Source: Mobula hypostoma
Taxonomy: Eukaryota
Reading direction: 5' to 3'
DNA: 64,000 nucleotides
Assembly (NCBI RefSeq): GCF_963921235.1
Contig: NC_086097.1
Coordinates: 32,986,001-33,050,000, forward strand
Of the stretch, positions 38,193-50,403 are shown one piece after another; within the stretch, counting starts at the first letter, position 1, and every line of letters starts with the position of its first letter. Both the position numbers and the translations under genes were made by a program. The notes under the pieces are model-generated. The model saw only the letters and a list, made by a program, of their open reading frames with translations, did not search any database and was not told the DNA's origin.

Positions 38193-41044
38193 ACTTCTTC
38201 AACCGTCTGAGGTAAAAGAGGTGCTACCGTGCTCTTTTCACCACACAGCAAGTATGTACAGACCACATGAGATCCTCGGTGATGTGTATGCCGAGGAACT
38301 TAAAGCTGTTCACCCTCTCAACCCCAGATTCATTGATGTCAACAGAGGTTAGCCTGTCTCCATTCCTCCTGTCGCCCACAACCAACTCCTTTGTTTTTGT
38401 GACATTGAGGGAGAGGTTGTTTTCTTGACACCATTGTATCAGTGTGATGGCTTCTTCTCTGTAGGCAATCTCATTATTATTTGAGATTAGGCCAATGTTG
38501 GCATAATGCAGTGTGGTCAGCAAATTTAATTAACAGATTAGATCTGTGGGTGATGACACACATGGGTATTCAGAGGGTAAAGGAGGGGGGCTTAGGACAC
38601 AGCCCTGAGGGGCACCTGTGTTGAGGGTCAGAGGAGCAGAGGTGAAGGAGCCCACTCTTACCACCTGCCAGTGATCTGACAGGAAGTCCAGGATCCAGCT
38701 ACATAAGGCAGGGTGAAAGCTGAGGTCTCTGAGCTTCTTGTCAAGCCTGGAAGGAATTATGGTGTTGAATGCTGAACTGTAGTACAAGAGCAGCATTCTC
38801 ACATAAGCATCCCTCTTCTCCTGGCATGATTTTTTAACAAGAGAAACAAACCTCTCATAGAGCCAACCATTGATGGGACACCATCAGTACAGATGCCAAC
38901 ATAGTTCCTGCAAGACAGACCTTTTGGTTCCAGATATGAAGTCAAAGCGTTAAATATATCTTGGCCTTTGCTTGGTTTGGGCAGCTCCTTGCAACAGAAA
39001 AAATTTTCTTGACTTTCACTATCACTTTCAAATCTTTCAAGTGCTACAACATAACATTTATTCCTGAAATCTGTTGACTCATGAACCCAGATAGAGAAGC
39101 TGTTGTTTTTCAGTGTATCACACAAAACCTGTTCAGTATCATGTGACATGTCACCAATATGTTGACTTATCGTGCTGTTTGAAAGTGAAACCTTTTCAAT
39201 TTATGGTACTGCATCTTATCCTAGCATTTCACTCACTGTTATTTTACATGCTACCATTATTAGGTTCTCACCAACTATGTGACTTTCCCTTTTCTGGGTA
39301 ATAAGTTCTGCTACTAAATAATTAGCCTCCTGTGACTTTTTACTGACCGTACTTTATTAACAAAAGCTTTGCTGTTTGTTTTGAGACTCCAGTAGCCATT
39401 TCAAAAAAAAATCATCACTTTCATGTGTCATATGACTGTGACTTGTAGTACTTTTTCAATTTTGCTAGAGCCATCACTACATTTGTAAGATGTTTGCCAC
39501 AGATTGGGCACAATGGAATAGGCCAGCTTGGATTACCAGTCCATGTACTACTCATTGATAAGTAGCTTTCATTCTAAAGACGGATTGTATGAGAAGAATG
39601 GCATGATAACAACAGCATAATAAATAACTGAACAAGAAAACCACAAAAAATACGAAAACTTCACAATACAATTCACTTCCAACCTACACAATCCACCTTT
39701 TGCAAAGTTTACAACAACAACAAAGTGGCAGGCCGGCAGCTGAGTCACGGTACTTACAAATTCCTTGTTTAGAATAAAAATTTCCCTACAATTTTCTACT
39801 ACACTGGTAAGCCAGTTTGCAGAGCGCAAGGAAAGGCTGGGGAAGGTAATTCGGGAGTGGGAGGCTGAGGTTACAGCCCAAGTTGGGCAAGTTCATTCAA
39901 CGCTCGGAAAATCCACTTCACGCTCCTCATCAGCCTATCGTCTTCCCCTCTGCATTCACCAATTATCAACTGCCTCTGTCTTGTGTCAAAAACTGAGAAT
40001 GGATCAACCAAATAAACGTAGTCTTACTGTGCACTGCCATACAGGGCTGAGAAACCTCTAATGAGATTGCTGGCATCACACATTGCACAAAGTTCAAAAA
40101 ATTGATGTGTATTGCTTTAAAATCAAGATCTCTCGCGGAACCCCGGTTGAGAAACCCTGTCCTGTGTGTCAGCCTCTACCACCATCTCAGGCAGTGCACT
40201 TCAAGAACCCACCACCCTCTGTGTAAAACAAACAAACAAACTTGCCCCTTACATCTCCTTTAAAATTACCTCTTCTCACCTTAAATGCATGCCCCCTGCT
40301 ATTGGACATTTCAACTCTATGAAAATATTATGTCTGTCTACTCTATCTATGCCTCCCATAATCTTTTAAATCTCTGTCAGATCTCCCCTCAGCTCCTGCT
40401 ACTCCAGAGAAGAAAACCCAAGTTTGTCATTATAATACATGGCTTCTAATTCAGGTAGAATACTGAAACCTCTTCTGCACCCTCTCCATAGCCTCAACAT
40501 CCTTCCTGTATACAATACTCCAGAAGTGGCCTTACTAGGGTTTTATAAAGCTGCAATGTAACTTCCTGACCTTCGAATTGAATGCCTTGACTGATAAAGG
40601 GAAGCATGCCATTGCAACCATTCTATCAACTTGTGTATCCACTTGCAGGGAGCTATGAACTTGGACGTCAAGAGTCCTCTGCTCCTCAACAGTTTTAAGA
40701 GTCTTGCCATTTCTTTACATTTGACCTACTAAGGTACAGCACTTTACAATTGGTGGGTTAAATTCCATCTGCCATTTTTCCTGTTCTTTATCTCACTGCA
40801 TTTTTTGCCAGTCATCTACAATATCCATAACACTGATCTTTGTATCATCTGCATACTTGCCCATCTACATTTTCATTCAGATCATTTATATACATCACAA
40901 ACAGCAGAGGTCTCAGTTCAGATTCTTGTGGAATACCTCCAATTACAGGCCTCCAGCTAGAATAAGTCCTTTTGACCACCACCCTCCGTCTTCTATGCCA
41001 GTTTTAAATGCAAACCATCCATTCACCTTTGATCACACGCATTT

Positions 41045-41870
41045 TAAGTTCAAGTTTAATTGTCATTGAATCATACATGAATACCCAAATGAGTACAGCC
41101 AAACAAAACAGCATTCGTCCAGGACGAAGATGCCTACAGTCGTACACAGCACAAGGCATATATAGCATATATATAAGATAGCAGTAAAGCATATATAGGA
41201 TAGCAGTAAATATAGTCACACAAAATATAATATAACCCAAGTCCCTGAGTGTCATGTCCCATACAGTGATGGTGTGTGGATATTATCAGCAGGAACAAGC
41301 CCACAGCAGCCCGATCATCATGCCCTCATGTAGCTGCAGACAAACGCAATCCAGCTCGTCCTCAACTGAGTGTACACTGGAGAGCAGCACTGACTGGAAG
41401 GGCCAGCCGCCCACCCAGCATGGAATCCAGCATGCCTGCTGCGCCTCTGCTTTCTCCCACACTGCCCCAGGCATCTCTCTCCATGAAAGCTGCAGCATGA
41501 GGACTTCATCTGCACTGCAGTCTCTGCCATCGGTCTTGCCATTGAACCAGTAAACCGCACTTGAAGTATTCTGCATTACCAATATCCAACAGGGTCTCGC
41601 AATCACAAGAAAAAATTCCAAGACAATCACTTTTTTACATGCCGCCTCTGCACACCAACTCTGACGCCTTCTTGTAGCAATTGCAGCTGCTCCACTATTG
41701 AGCAACTCACTAGTGGGGTAGATCTGCCGTACTTGATGTTCTTGATAACTAGCAGTGTCTTGCGATAATAAAAAAAATGTAAAGGACAAACATTTACACC
41801 TGTGGTTGAACCTGGAGTGGTCACTGCGAACTGCGTGCACCATTTTACCGGATCTTCTGGATGAGCCTTC
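41045..41870 (-). repeat. Longest (~830 bp) copy of the unclassified non-coding repeat, inserted in CR1
   Basis: Reverse complement matches 8870-9393 and ends aatgacaattaaacttgaactt. CR1 sequence flanks both sides. Confidence 0.7.
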
Positions 41871-42399
41871 TACTGATGTCCCAGTCAAATGCCTTGTTAA
41901 AATCCATGTAGACAACATCCACAACTCTACCTTCATCAGTCACCCTCATCACCTCGTCAATAAACTCAATCAAGCTACTTAGACATGGCTTGTCCTGCAA
42001 CAAGCCATGCTGGCTCTCTCTAATTAGGCTACGGTTTTCTAATACTCAAAAATCCTATTCCTAAAAAATTCTCTCAGGAATGTCCCCACCATTGATGTGA
42101 GATTCACCAGTCTATACTTTCAAAGATTATCCCTGGTTCCCTTCTTGAACAATGGAACAAAATTAGCTACTTGCCAGTTTTCTGAGATCTCACCTGTGAC
42201 TAGAGAAGGCACTAGATATTGGTCAAGTTCTCAGTAATCTCTTGTCTCTCTCAATAATCTGGGGTACAGTATATCCCACCAGGTCCTGGGGACTTATCTA
42301 CCTTTAGATGCCACAATAGCGCCGTGGTTAGCGCGACACTATTATTGCTTAGTGCATTGGAGTTCATCTATTTTCCAGTAGCCTAATCAAACGTGGTTC

Positions 42400-43715
42400 A
42401 TTAGCGAGGGCAAATAAATATAAGGTGGGGACAAGTGGAGCAGCCATTACTGGAGTGGACTCCATTATTGTGGCTTAGGTGAGGCAAGTTTCTTTTTCGT
42501 TCTTTGTCTGTTACTGCATAGTTGATGCAGTGAGAATGGCTCTCAGGGCCATGTTGTGTTCTTTGTCTGTGATGTTGGAATTCTGGGAGACCTCTATCCT
42601 CCAGGATAACTACATCTACATGAAGTGCATGAAACTGCAGCTCCTCAGAGAATGCGTTAAGGAACTGGAGCTGCAGCTTGATTACATTTGGCTCATATGG
42701 GAAAATGAGATGATAGACAGGAGTTGCAGGAAGGTAGTCATCCCAAAGTTGCAGGAGGCACGTACCTGGATGACTGTCAGGCGAGGAAAAGGAAATGGGC
42801 AGTCTGTGCAGAGTACCCTTATAGCCGTTCCCCTCAATAATAAGGGTATCTGCAGAAAGACAGATTGAGGGAATGGGCAAATAAGTGGCATGGAATACTG
42901 TTTCTGGAAGTGTATGGTCATGTACTTTGGTAGAAGGAATAAAAGCCTAGATTATTTTTGAAATGGAGAGAAAATTCAGAAATCCAAGGTGCAAAGGTAT
43001 TTGGGAGTCCTCATGCAGAACTCATTAAAGGTTAACTTGCAGTTTGAATCAGTGGTGAGGAAGGCAAATGTAATGTTAGCATTTATTTTGAGAGGCCGAG
43101 AATATAAAAGCAAGAATGTAATGCTGAGGCTTTATAAGGCCTGGTATGGCTTTACTTGGAGAATTGTGAGCATCTCAGAAAAGACATGCTGACATTGGAG
43201 AAGGTTCAGAGGAGATTGATTCTGCGAATGAAAGGATTATTGTATGAGGAGCTTTTGATTACTCTGGGCCTGTGCTCGCTGGAATTTGGAAGAATTGGCC
43301 GGGAGGGGGTGAGAATCTCATTGAAACCTATCAAAAATTGAAAGGCCTAAATAGACTGCATATAGAGAAGATATTTACTATAGTGGGGGAGTCTAGGACC
43401 AGAGGGCACATCCTCAGAATAAAAGGACGTCCATTTAGAACGGAGACGAGGAGGAAATTCTTTAGCCAGAGGGTGGTAAATATGTGGAATTCATTGCTAT
43501 AGACAGCTATGGAGGCCAGATTATTAGGTGTGTTTAAGGTGAAGGTTGATAGGTTCTTGATTAGCAAGGTTAATCAAGAAAGGTTAGAAAGGTTACAAGG
43601 AGAAGGCAGGAGAATGGGTACGAGAGGGAAAATGGATCAGCCGTGGTGAAATGGTGGAGCAATCTTGATGGGCTGAAGGCCGAATTCTCCTCCTTTGTCT
43701 TATGTTCTCATGGTT
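42400..43715 (+). mobile_element. CR1 LINE with a large internal deletion (ORF1 N-terminus joined to the ORF2 C-terminus)
   Basis: ORF1 CSLSVM..CMKLQLLRECVKELELQL..VPLNNK runs directly into RT C-terminal remnants at ~42850 (QRYLGVLM, FFSQRVVNMWNSL). Confidence 0.85.
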
Positions 43716-43719
43716 TGAT

Positions 43720-43925
43720 GGTAAGGAGTCTGTACGTCCTCCCCGTAATGTGTGAGATATCTCCGGGTGCTCCAGTTTCCTCCCACAGTCTAAAGGCATG
43801 GTGGTTAGTAGGGTTAATTGGTCATTGTAAATTGACCCATGATTAGCTTGGGTTAAATTGGAGGTTGTTGGGTTGTGCTGCTTGAAGGGCTGGATGAACC
43901 TATTCTGCACTGTATCTCAATGTAG
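43720..43925 (+). mobile_element. SINE body and 3' part
   Basis: taaggagtctgtacgtcctcccc..ccgggtgctccagtttcctcccaca..ttaattggtcattgtaaattg is the reverse complement of the SINE copies at 2760-2880 and 49440-49550. Confidence 0.72.
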
Positions 43926-43979
43926 AAATTAATGTTTTTTTAAAATGGACTCAATACTACCCTCTTCTTTACTTCAAAA

Positions 43980-46900
43980 TGCCGGAGCATATTAATACTC
44001 TTGGCAATGATCTCCCTAATCTCCACATCCTTCTCCTTGGTAACGCTGATGTAAAGTCCCCATTAAGAATCTTACACGCATCTTTTGCTTTGCATCCAAG
44101 CAAATGCTCATTGAGTGGTCCCACCCCCCTCCCTAGTTCTGCTGTTGCTCCTTATGTATGTATGTACAGAATCCCTTGGAATTCTCTTTAATCCTACTTG
44201 CCAAGGACTTTTCATGGCCCCTCCTAGCTTTCCTAATTCTCTGCTTGAGTACTTTTCTGGCTTCTTTATAAACCTCCAGGGTACTGTTTGATTCTAGCCT
44301 CCTGAGCTTTGTATAGAAACATAGAAAACCTTCAGCACAATATAGGCCCTTTGGCCCACAAAGCTGTGCTGAACATCTCCTTACTTTAGAAATTACATAA
44401 GGTTACCCATAACCCTCTATTTTTCTGAGATCCATGTACCTGTCCAGGAGTCTTTTAAAAGACCCTATTGTACCCACTTCCACACTGTTGCCAGCAGCCC
44501 ATTCCATGCACTCACCACTCTCTGCGTAAAAAAAAAACTTACCCCTGACATCTCCTCTGTACCTACTTCCAAGCACCTTAAAACTGTACTCTCTCATGCT
44601 AGCCTCTGACTATCCACACAATCAATGCCTCTCATTATCTTGTACACCTCTATCAGGTCACCTCTCATCCTCCATCGCTCCAAGGAAAAAAGGCCAAGTT
44701 CACTCAACCTATTCTCATAAGGCACACTCCCCAATCCAGGCAACATCCTTGTAAATCTCCTCTGCATCCTTTTTAATGGTGTCCACATCCTTCCTATAGT
44801 GAGGTGACCAGAACTGAGCACAGTACTCCAAGTGGTTTCTAACCAGGGTTCTATATCGCTGCAACATTACCTCTCGGCTCCTAAACTCAATTCCATGATT
44901 GATGAAGGCCAATACACCATATGCCTTCTTAACCACAGAGTCAACCTGCGCAGCTGCTTTGAGTATCCTAGGGACTTGGACCCCAAGATCTCTCTGATCC
45001 TCCACACTACCAAGAGTCTTATCATCAATACTATATTCTGCCATCATATTTGACCTACCAAAATGAACCACCTCACACTTATCTGGGTTGAACTCCATCT
45101 GCCACTTCTCAACCCAGTTTTGCATCCTGTCAATGTCCCGCTGTAACCTCTGACAGCCCTCCACACTATCCACAACACCTCCAACCTTTGTATCATGAGC
45201 AAATTTACTAGCTCATCCCTCTACTACTTCATCCAGGTCTTTTATAAAAATCACGAAGAGTAGGGGTCCCAGAACAAATCCCTGAGGCACACCACTGGTG
45301 ACTGTCCTCCATGCAGAATATGACCCGTTTACAACCACTTTTTGCCTTCTGTGGGCAAGCCAATTCTGGATCCACAAAGCAATGTCCCCTTGGATCCCAT
45401 GCCTCCTTCCTTTCTCAATAAGCCTGGCAAGGGGTACCTTAGCAAATGCCTCGCTGAAATCCATATACACTATATCTACTGCTCTTCCTTCATCAAAATG
45501 TGTTTAGTCACATCCTCAAAAAATTCAATCAGGCTCGTAAGGCACGACCTGCCTTTGACAAAGCTATGCTGACTATTCCTAATCATATTATACCTCTCCA
45601 AATGTTCATAAATCCTGCCTCTCAGGATCTTCTCCATCAACATACCAACCACTGAAGTAAGACTCACTAGTCTATGATTTCCTGGACTACCTTTACTCCC
45701 TTTCTTGAATAAGGGAACAACATCTGCAACCCTCCAATCCTCCAGAACCTCTCCCATTTCCATTCATGATGCAAAGATCATCGCCAGTGACACAGCATGC
45801 TCCTCCCTTGCCTCCCTCAGTAGCCTGGGGTACATCTCATCTGATCCCGGTGACTTATCCAACTTGATGCTTTCCAAAAGCTCCAGCACATCCTCTTTCT
45901 TAATAATCTACATGTTCAAGCTTTTCAGTCCGCTGTAAGTCATCCCTACAATCGCCAAGAGCCTTTTCCGTAATGAATACTGAAGCAAAGTATTCATTAA
46001 GTACCTCTGCTATCTCCTCCGGTTACATACACACTTTTCCACTGTCACACTTGATTGGTTCTATTCTCTCACGTCTTATCCTCTTGCTCTTCACATACTT
46101 ATAGAATGCCTTGTGGTTTTCCTTAATCCTGTCCGCCAAGGCCTTCTCATGGCCTCTTCTGGCTCTCCTAATTTCTTTCTTAAGCTCCTTCCTGCCAGCC
46201 TTATAATCTTCCAGATCTCTATCATTACCTAGTTTTTTTTTAACCTTTTGTAAGCTTTTCTTTTCTTCTTGACTAGATTTACAACAGCCTTTGTACACTA
46301 TGGTTCCTGTACCCTCCTATCCTTTCCCTATCTTATTGGAACGTACTTATGCAGAACTGCACGCAGAGATCCCCTGAACATTTGCCACATTTCTTCCGTA
46401 CATTTCCCTTAGAACATCTGTTCCCGATATACTTTCCTTTTCCTTCTTGACTAAATTCATCACCTCCCTTGATATCTAAGGTTCTCTACCTTGCCATCCT
46501 TCTGACGGGAACACCAGTTCTGTACTCTGTGTAGTTGGTCTTTAACCTCCTCCATGTCAGAGGATTTGCCCAAAAACAGCTGTTCCTGTTTAACTCTCTC
46601 TAGTTCCTACCTAATGCTCTTGTTAGATCCTTATCTACTGCTGCTTAAAACTTAGGAATTGTGGTCTCTTTCCCCTAACTGCTCACCCACTGATAGGTTG
46701 GTCACCTGGCCAGGCTCATTACCCAACACCAGAGGCAGTACAGCCCTTCCTGTTGGACTACCTACATATTGACTTAAGAAATTATCTTGGACACACGTGT
46801 CAAATCATCTAAACCATTTGCACTAAGAAGGTCCCAGTTTATATTAGGGAAGTTGAAATCCCCATGACAACAACCTTATTGTTTTTGTACCTTTATCTGC

Positions 46901-47000
46901 CTGCGTATCTGTTCCTCAATGTCCTGATGGCTATTGAATGAGAATTGGAGGGGGGGGGGCAGTTCTATAGTTCAGTCCTATCCAAGTGATTGCACCCTTC
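43980..47000 (-). mobile_element. Old CR1 fragment (43980-44310, 46430-47000) hosting a younger CR1
   Basis: Degenerate APE remnants (tattagggaagttgaaatccccatgacaac = VVMGDFNFPNI) on either side of the younger copy. Confidence 0.65.
44313..46430 (-). mobile_element. CR1 LINE 3' 2.1 kb, same subfamily as 12145-15345
   Basis: Peptides nearly identical to the 13500-15300 copy ([38 protein letters not shown]). Tail tagaaacatagaaaa. Confidence 0.95.
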
Positions 47001-47149
47001 CTATGCTAGTTGTAGTTGATGTAACCCTCACATGTATGCCCTTAATTTTCTGCACACTGCTCTAATCCCACCACTACCCTCATCCCCACCACCTGAGGCA
47101 GAGCAGAAATAAGGCCCAACAAGTGAGGCAGCATCAATGGACGAGAATA

Positions 47150-47190
47150 AGCAGTCAAAGTTTTGGACCACGACCCTTCATCAGTCCAGA
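47150..47190 (-). mobile_element. Tiny Penelope terminal remnant with a degenerate hammerhead
   Basis: Reverse complement is ctgatgaagggtcgtggtccaaaactttgactg: CUGAUGA intact, GAAA box mutated. Confidence 0.5.
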
Positions 47191-47443
47191 TGAACTGCTC
47201 TCTTTAAGATTTCCTGGTCTGCTCCTCTCTTCCTGATTTTATTCGATGTTCATAAGGTATTTTATTTGTTTTAGGATTCTTTGTAATTTAATTTGGTAGT
47301 TGCTTTTTGCTTCCCATGTTTTTACGCCACCTTTTCATTGCATTGTATTTTTCTTATATTTACGGTAGAACTGAATGAGGGAAGCTGTTTCCAATGATCC
47401 AAAGTTTGGGAATATAACTGCAGTATCTACTCTCTATTTAAAG

Positions 47444-47545
47444 GTTTGCCACTGTGAAGTATGATCGTGGTACAAGGAACATCAAGAATCAGTATATGCA
47501 TTTGACCAACTACAGTATCAACAAGAAAAGTCGTGACTATGTCAG
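47444..47545 (+). CDS. TTLL5: TTLL5 (tubulin polyglutamylase) internal coding exon, 102 nt
   Basis: Acceptor tctctatttaaag|G and donor AG|gtgat. Translates (R)[33 protein letters not shown](S), containing the TTL-domain HLTNYSxNK motif. Closely matches vertebrate TTLL5 as I recall it, and its phase fits the next exon. Confidence 0.95.
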
Positions 47546-48039
47546 GTGATGAATGACTGCCCTGGGAGTGGGTGACAGGAATGTGGTAGGCACTTTGGAC
47601 AGCATGGACTGGCTGCAGCAAAGGACCTGTTTCCGTGCTGTGTTACTCCATGATCTTCCACTCTCTTTGGCTTCTTTTTCCACAGACAGACAAAAAAAGT
47701 TCCTTGGATAAATTATGATGGTATACACCAAAGCTGTGCTCAGTTATCCCACAGCATGCAGTCCTCGGTTCTCTGCATGGAGAAACTGTGGTTAAATAGA
47801 GTGCAAGTTGTCAGCAGTGATTCAGTGGGTAGGACACTCACTTGTAAATCAAAAAAATTATATTCATGATGTCAAATATGAAATCCAGGCTGATGGATTT
47901 TTCCCCAATGAGTGTGGTCCCATCTACTTTCTTGAATATTCCATGGGAAAATTTGGATAAAAGTTTGGAACTTCTGGTGCCCTGGTCATTGTACTAAACA
48001 ACTCACAATAAATTATCTGATCATTATCATATTGCTTGG

Positions 48040-48405
48040 GATCCTGGGAGTGAAAGGGTTTATGTATGAAGAGTATTTGATGGCTCTGGGCCTGTACTCA
48101 CCCGTGTTTAGAAGAATGAGGAGGGATCTCATTGAAACTTGTTAAATATTGAAGTACCTATAAAGAATGGACGTGCGGGGCATGTTTCCAGTGGTGGGGT
48201 GGTTGGAGTCTAGGACCAGAGGGAATAGTCTCAGAATACAAGGATGTCCCTGTAGAACAGAAATGAGTAAGAATTTCTTTAGCCAGAGAGTGTGAAATTG
48301 TGGAATTCATTAATTCATTACCACAGGTGGCAGTGGAGGCCAGGTCATTGAGTATATTTAAAGTGGAGGTTAATAGATTTTTGATCAGTAAAAGCATCAA
48401 AGGTT
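48040..48405 (+). mobile_element. CR1 3' fragment
   Basis: tttagaagaatgaggagggatctcattgaaac..gagtctaggaccagagg..ttctttagccagagag. Confidence 0.8.
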
Positions 48406-48553
48406 ACCTTTGTAGTAGATACTATTTCAGTACAAACTGGAGACGCAAGAGACTGGAGCTACTAGAACTGAAATGATAAAAAATTCTGTTCAACTGCCCA
48501 TTTTCCTCCACAGGTGCAGCTTAACCTGCTGAGTTTTGTTTGTTGTATATAAC

Positions 48554-49137
48554 TGTAACACCCTGGGAAAGGTTTCACTGTTAATGTGATGGTCTTTCTG
48601 TAGAAGTAGTGTTCGGGTTATAGTTAATAATGGGTGCTTTGGAATGTGAGCCGTCCATTTAGGGGAGCGGGTATTTGTGTTGTGTGCCTGACACTGGTGT
48701 GAGCTGGAGTCCGGTGGGAAATGGAGAGAAAATGCTGGAAAGAACAGATTGTAGGATTCGACCTGGTGGGAGACTGTGTTGCAATGGAGCAAAGTGCCGA
48801 AGTTTACTGAGGATAGGTGAATATTACTTTGGGAAATGTTGAGCTCCAACTCATTTAGATTTGACTGTTTAATTATAATGGGCCCTTTTTGTTTTTTTTC
48901 CTCCCTTTCTTTTCTTTACTAACCCTTTAGCTAAGATTTGTAAACATAATTCCTTTGATCGTATGCAGTGTGTTGTCTGTTATTTCTTGGCACTGAATTG
49001 TAACAGGGTAGCAAATTACATAGCATCCACATAAACCGGGGTTTGGGGTGGGAAAGCCGTCTCAGTCGCACGAGTTTGGCAGGATGAGAATGTGTATTCC
49101 CTAGACTTACACAGCAAAGGAAACCAGAGAGGTTTCA
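48554..49137. mobile_element. Probable solo LTR, 584 bp
   Basis: tgtaaca...gtttca termini with a near-TSD taac/taaa. No coding content. Confidence 0.55.
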
Positions 49138-49252
49138 TAAATACAAGTTCTTTTGCAGTCCCTCCTGACTGAAATAGCAGTTAAAATTGGACTTGCCTTC
49201 CCTAGGACAGAGCACTGCACTAATCTTTCCATTCCTCTTTGATCTTTTTTAG

Positions 49253-49344
49253 CTGTGATGACCCGGAAGTGGAGGATTATGGGAACAAGTGGAGTATGAG
49301 TGCCATGCTGCGGTACCTGAAGCAAGAAGGAGTGGACACAGCCA
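49253..49344 (+). CDS. TTLL5: TTLL5 internal coding exon, 92 nt
   Basis: Branch-like cactaat, pyrimidine tract, ttttag|C acceptor, A|gtgagt donor. Translates (S)[30 protein letters not shown](T), characteristic of TTLL5, and in frame with both neighbours. Confidence 0.96.
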
Positions 49345-49384
49345 GTGAGTGACATCTTGCTTTGTGGCTTGTAGCCCAGTTTCT

Positions 49385-49603
49385 TATTTATTTTATTTAG
49401 ATAGACATCAGGGTAACAGGCCTTTCGTGCACAATAAGCCCATGCTGCCCATTTACACCCATGTGACCCATTAACCTACTAACCCGTACATCTTTGGAAT
49501 GTGGGAGGAAACCCATCGGTTGTGGAGAGAATATACTGTACAAACTCCTTACAGATAGCGCCAGGAATTGAACCCTGTCATTGGTACTATAATAGCTAGC
49601 CGC
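49385..49603 (-). mobile_element. tRNA-derived SINE
   Basis: Minus-strand Pol III B-box GGTTCAATTCC (49564-49574), shared SINE body and a (aaat)n tail. Confidence 0.75.
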
Positions 49604-49942
49604 CTAAAATTTATCACTTACTTAGTCACTCTGAAATCCTTGTCCCACTAGGACATCAAACCATTCAGTGAAAGCTTCAGAGCTGCATCCAGGAATGGAA
49701 ATCAATGAGAGTACTTCCCTGCGCATTGGCTGGCCCTATACTGAGGGTGTGCAGGCCCGTGCTGTTGCACCATAGCAGGAATCCGCCCTCAGGTGATGGG
49801 CAGTGAGAAGCGGTGCCTGAGTGGAGAGGTGGGTGGGTGCACAATGTTATGGGTTTTCCCAGTAATGGGGTTTGGTGGCCTAGAGCTGGTGTATGACTGT
49901 GGATAGTATTCAGTCCCATTGTTGTCTCTCTTCCCTCTGCAG

Positions 49943-50050
49943 CTTTGATGGCTCAAATTGAGGACCTCATCATCAAGGCACTCATCTCAGCTGAGTTCCA
50001 CATCGCCTCTGCCACCAAAATGTTTGTGCCCCACAAAGCCAACTGCTTTG
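49943..50050 (+). CDS. TTLL5: TTLL5 internal coding exon, 108 nt
   Basis: ctctcttccctctgcag|CT acceptor, G|gtatgt donor. Translates (T)[35 protein letters not shown], ending just before the expected ELYGFD motif. Confidence 0.95.
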
Positions 50051-50403
50051 GTATGTATCATGTTTAATTGATTACTTTTACACATTTGCTCATGATAGCT
50101 AAAGGGGTGTTTCATCCCAGTGAATATATGCCAGCACTCAGCAGACCCATAAGTTTCATTCCCTTTCACATACCCACTCCCTTCTGATTCTCCTGATGCA
50201 TCCAAATGAGGAGCCTGATCAATTAATCTAGCTGCTCAGTTTTATATGGGTGGAGATAGCATCCTTGGTAAATCTGCCTGGTCACAGGGAGAATATACAA
50301 ATTCCTGAGAGGGAGCATCAGAGCTGAGAGGAACTGTTTTTGGAACCGTGCAGCAGGCTGATTAGGTACCATGCCCTGTTCTACACATTGCATTCTTTGA
50401 AGC

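Larger units (their letters stand above)
34445..38822 (-). mobile_element. Rex1/Babar LINE copy A (pieces ~34445-34950 and 38193-38822)
   Basis: [40 protein letters not shown] (38224-38802) and QRVVQTAQHI..DPSHPNH (34600-34842). Confidence 0.88.
33987..40159 (-). mobile_element. hAT (Charlie/Buster-like) DNA transposon, internally deleted, with nested insertions
   Basis: TIRs tagcctttctcaac (33987) and gttgagaaaccctg (ends 40159). Eroded TSD tcctaatg/tcctgtg. Transposase remnant FSIWVHESTD..ENFFCCKEL..VGICTDGVPSMVG (38823-39149) continues as DVVITHCF at ~34410-34435. Confidence 0.82.
33870..42300 (-). mobile_element. Old CR1 LINE 3' half hosting the hAT stack (pieces ~33870-33986, 40160-41044, 41875-42300)
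   Basis: CR1 3' tail (agaacatagaa) at ~33875. Sequence resumes after 40159 (gcctctaccacc, ctatctatgcctc). RT remnants at 41880-42300. Confidence 0.75.

Noticed and set aside
38799..39149. ZBED5/SCAND3-like domesticated transposase exon
   Set aside because: Lies within a TIR-bounded, frameshifted, internally deleted hAT copy, and the catalytic DE motif is altered (HES).
42310..42370. tRNA-like sequence (gtggttagcgc..ggagttca)
   Set aside because: No complete cloverleaf; best explained as a decayed SINE head.
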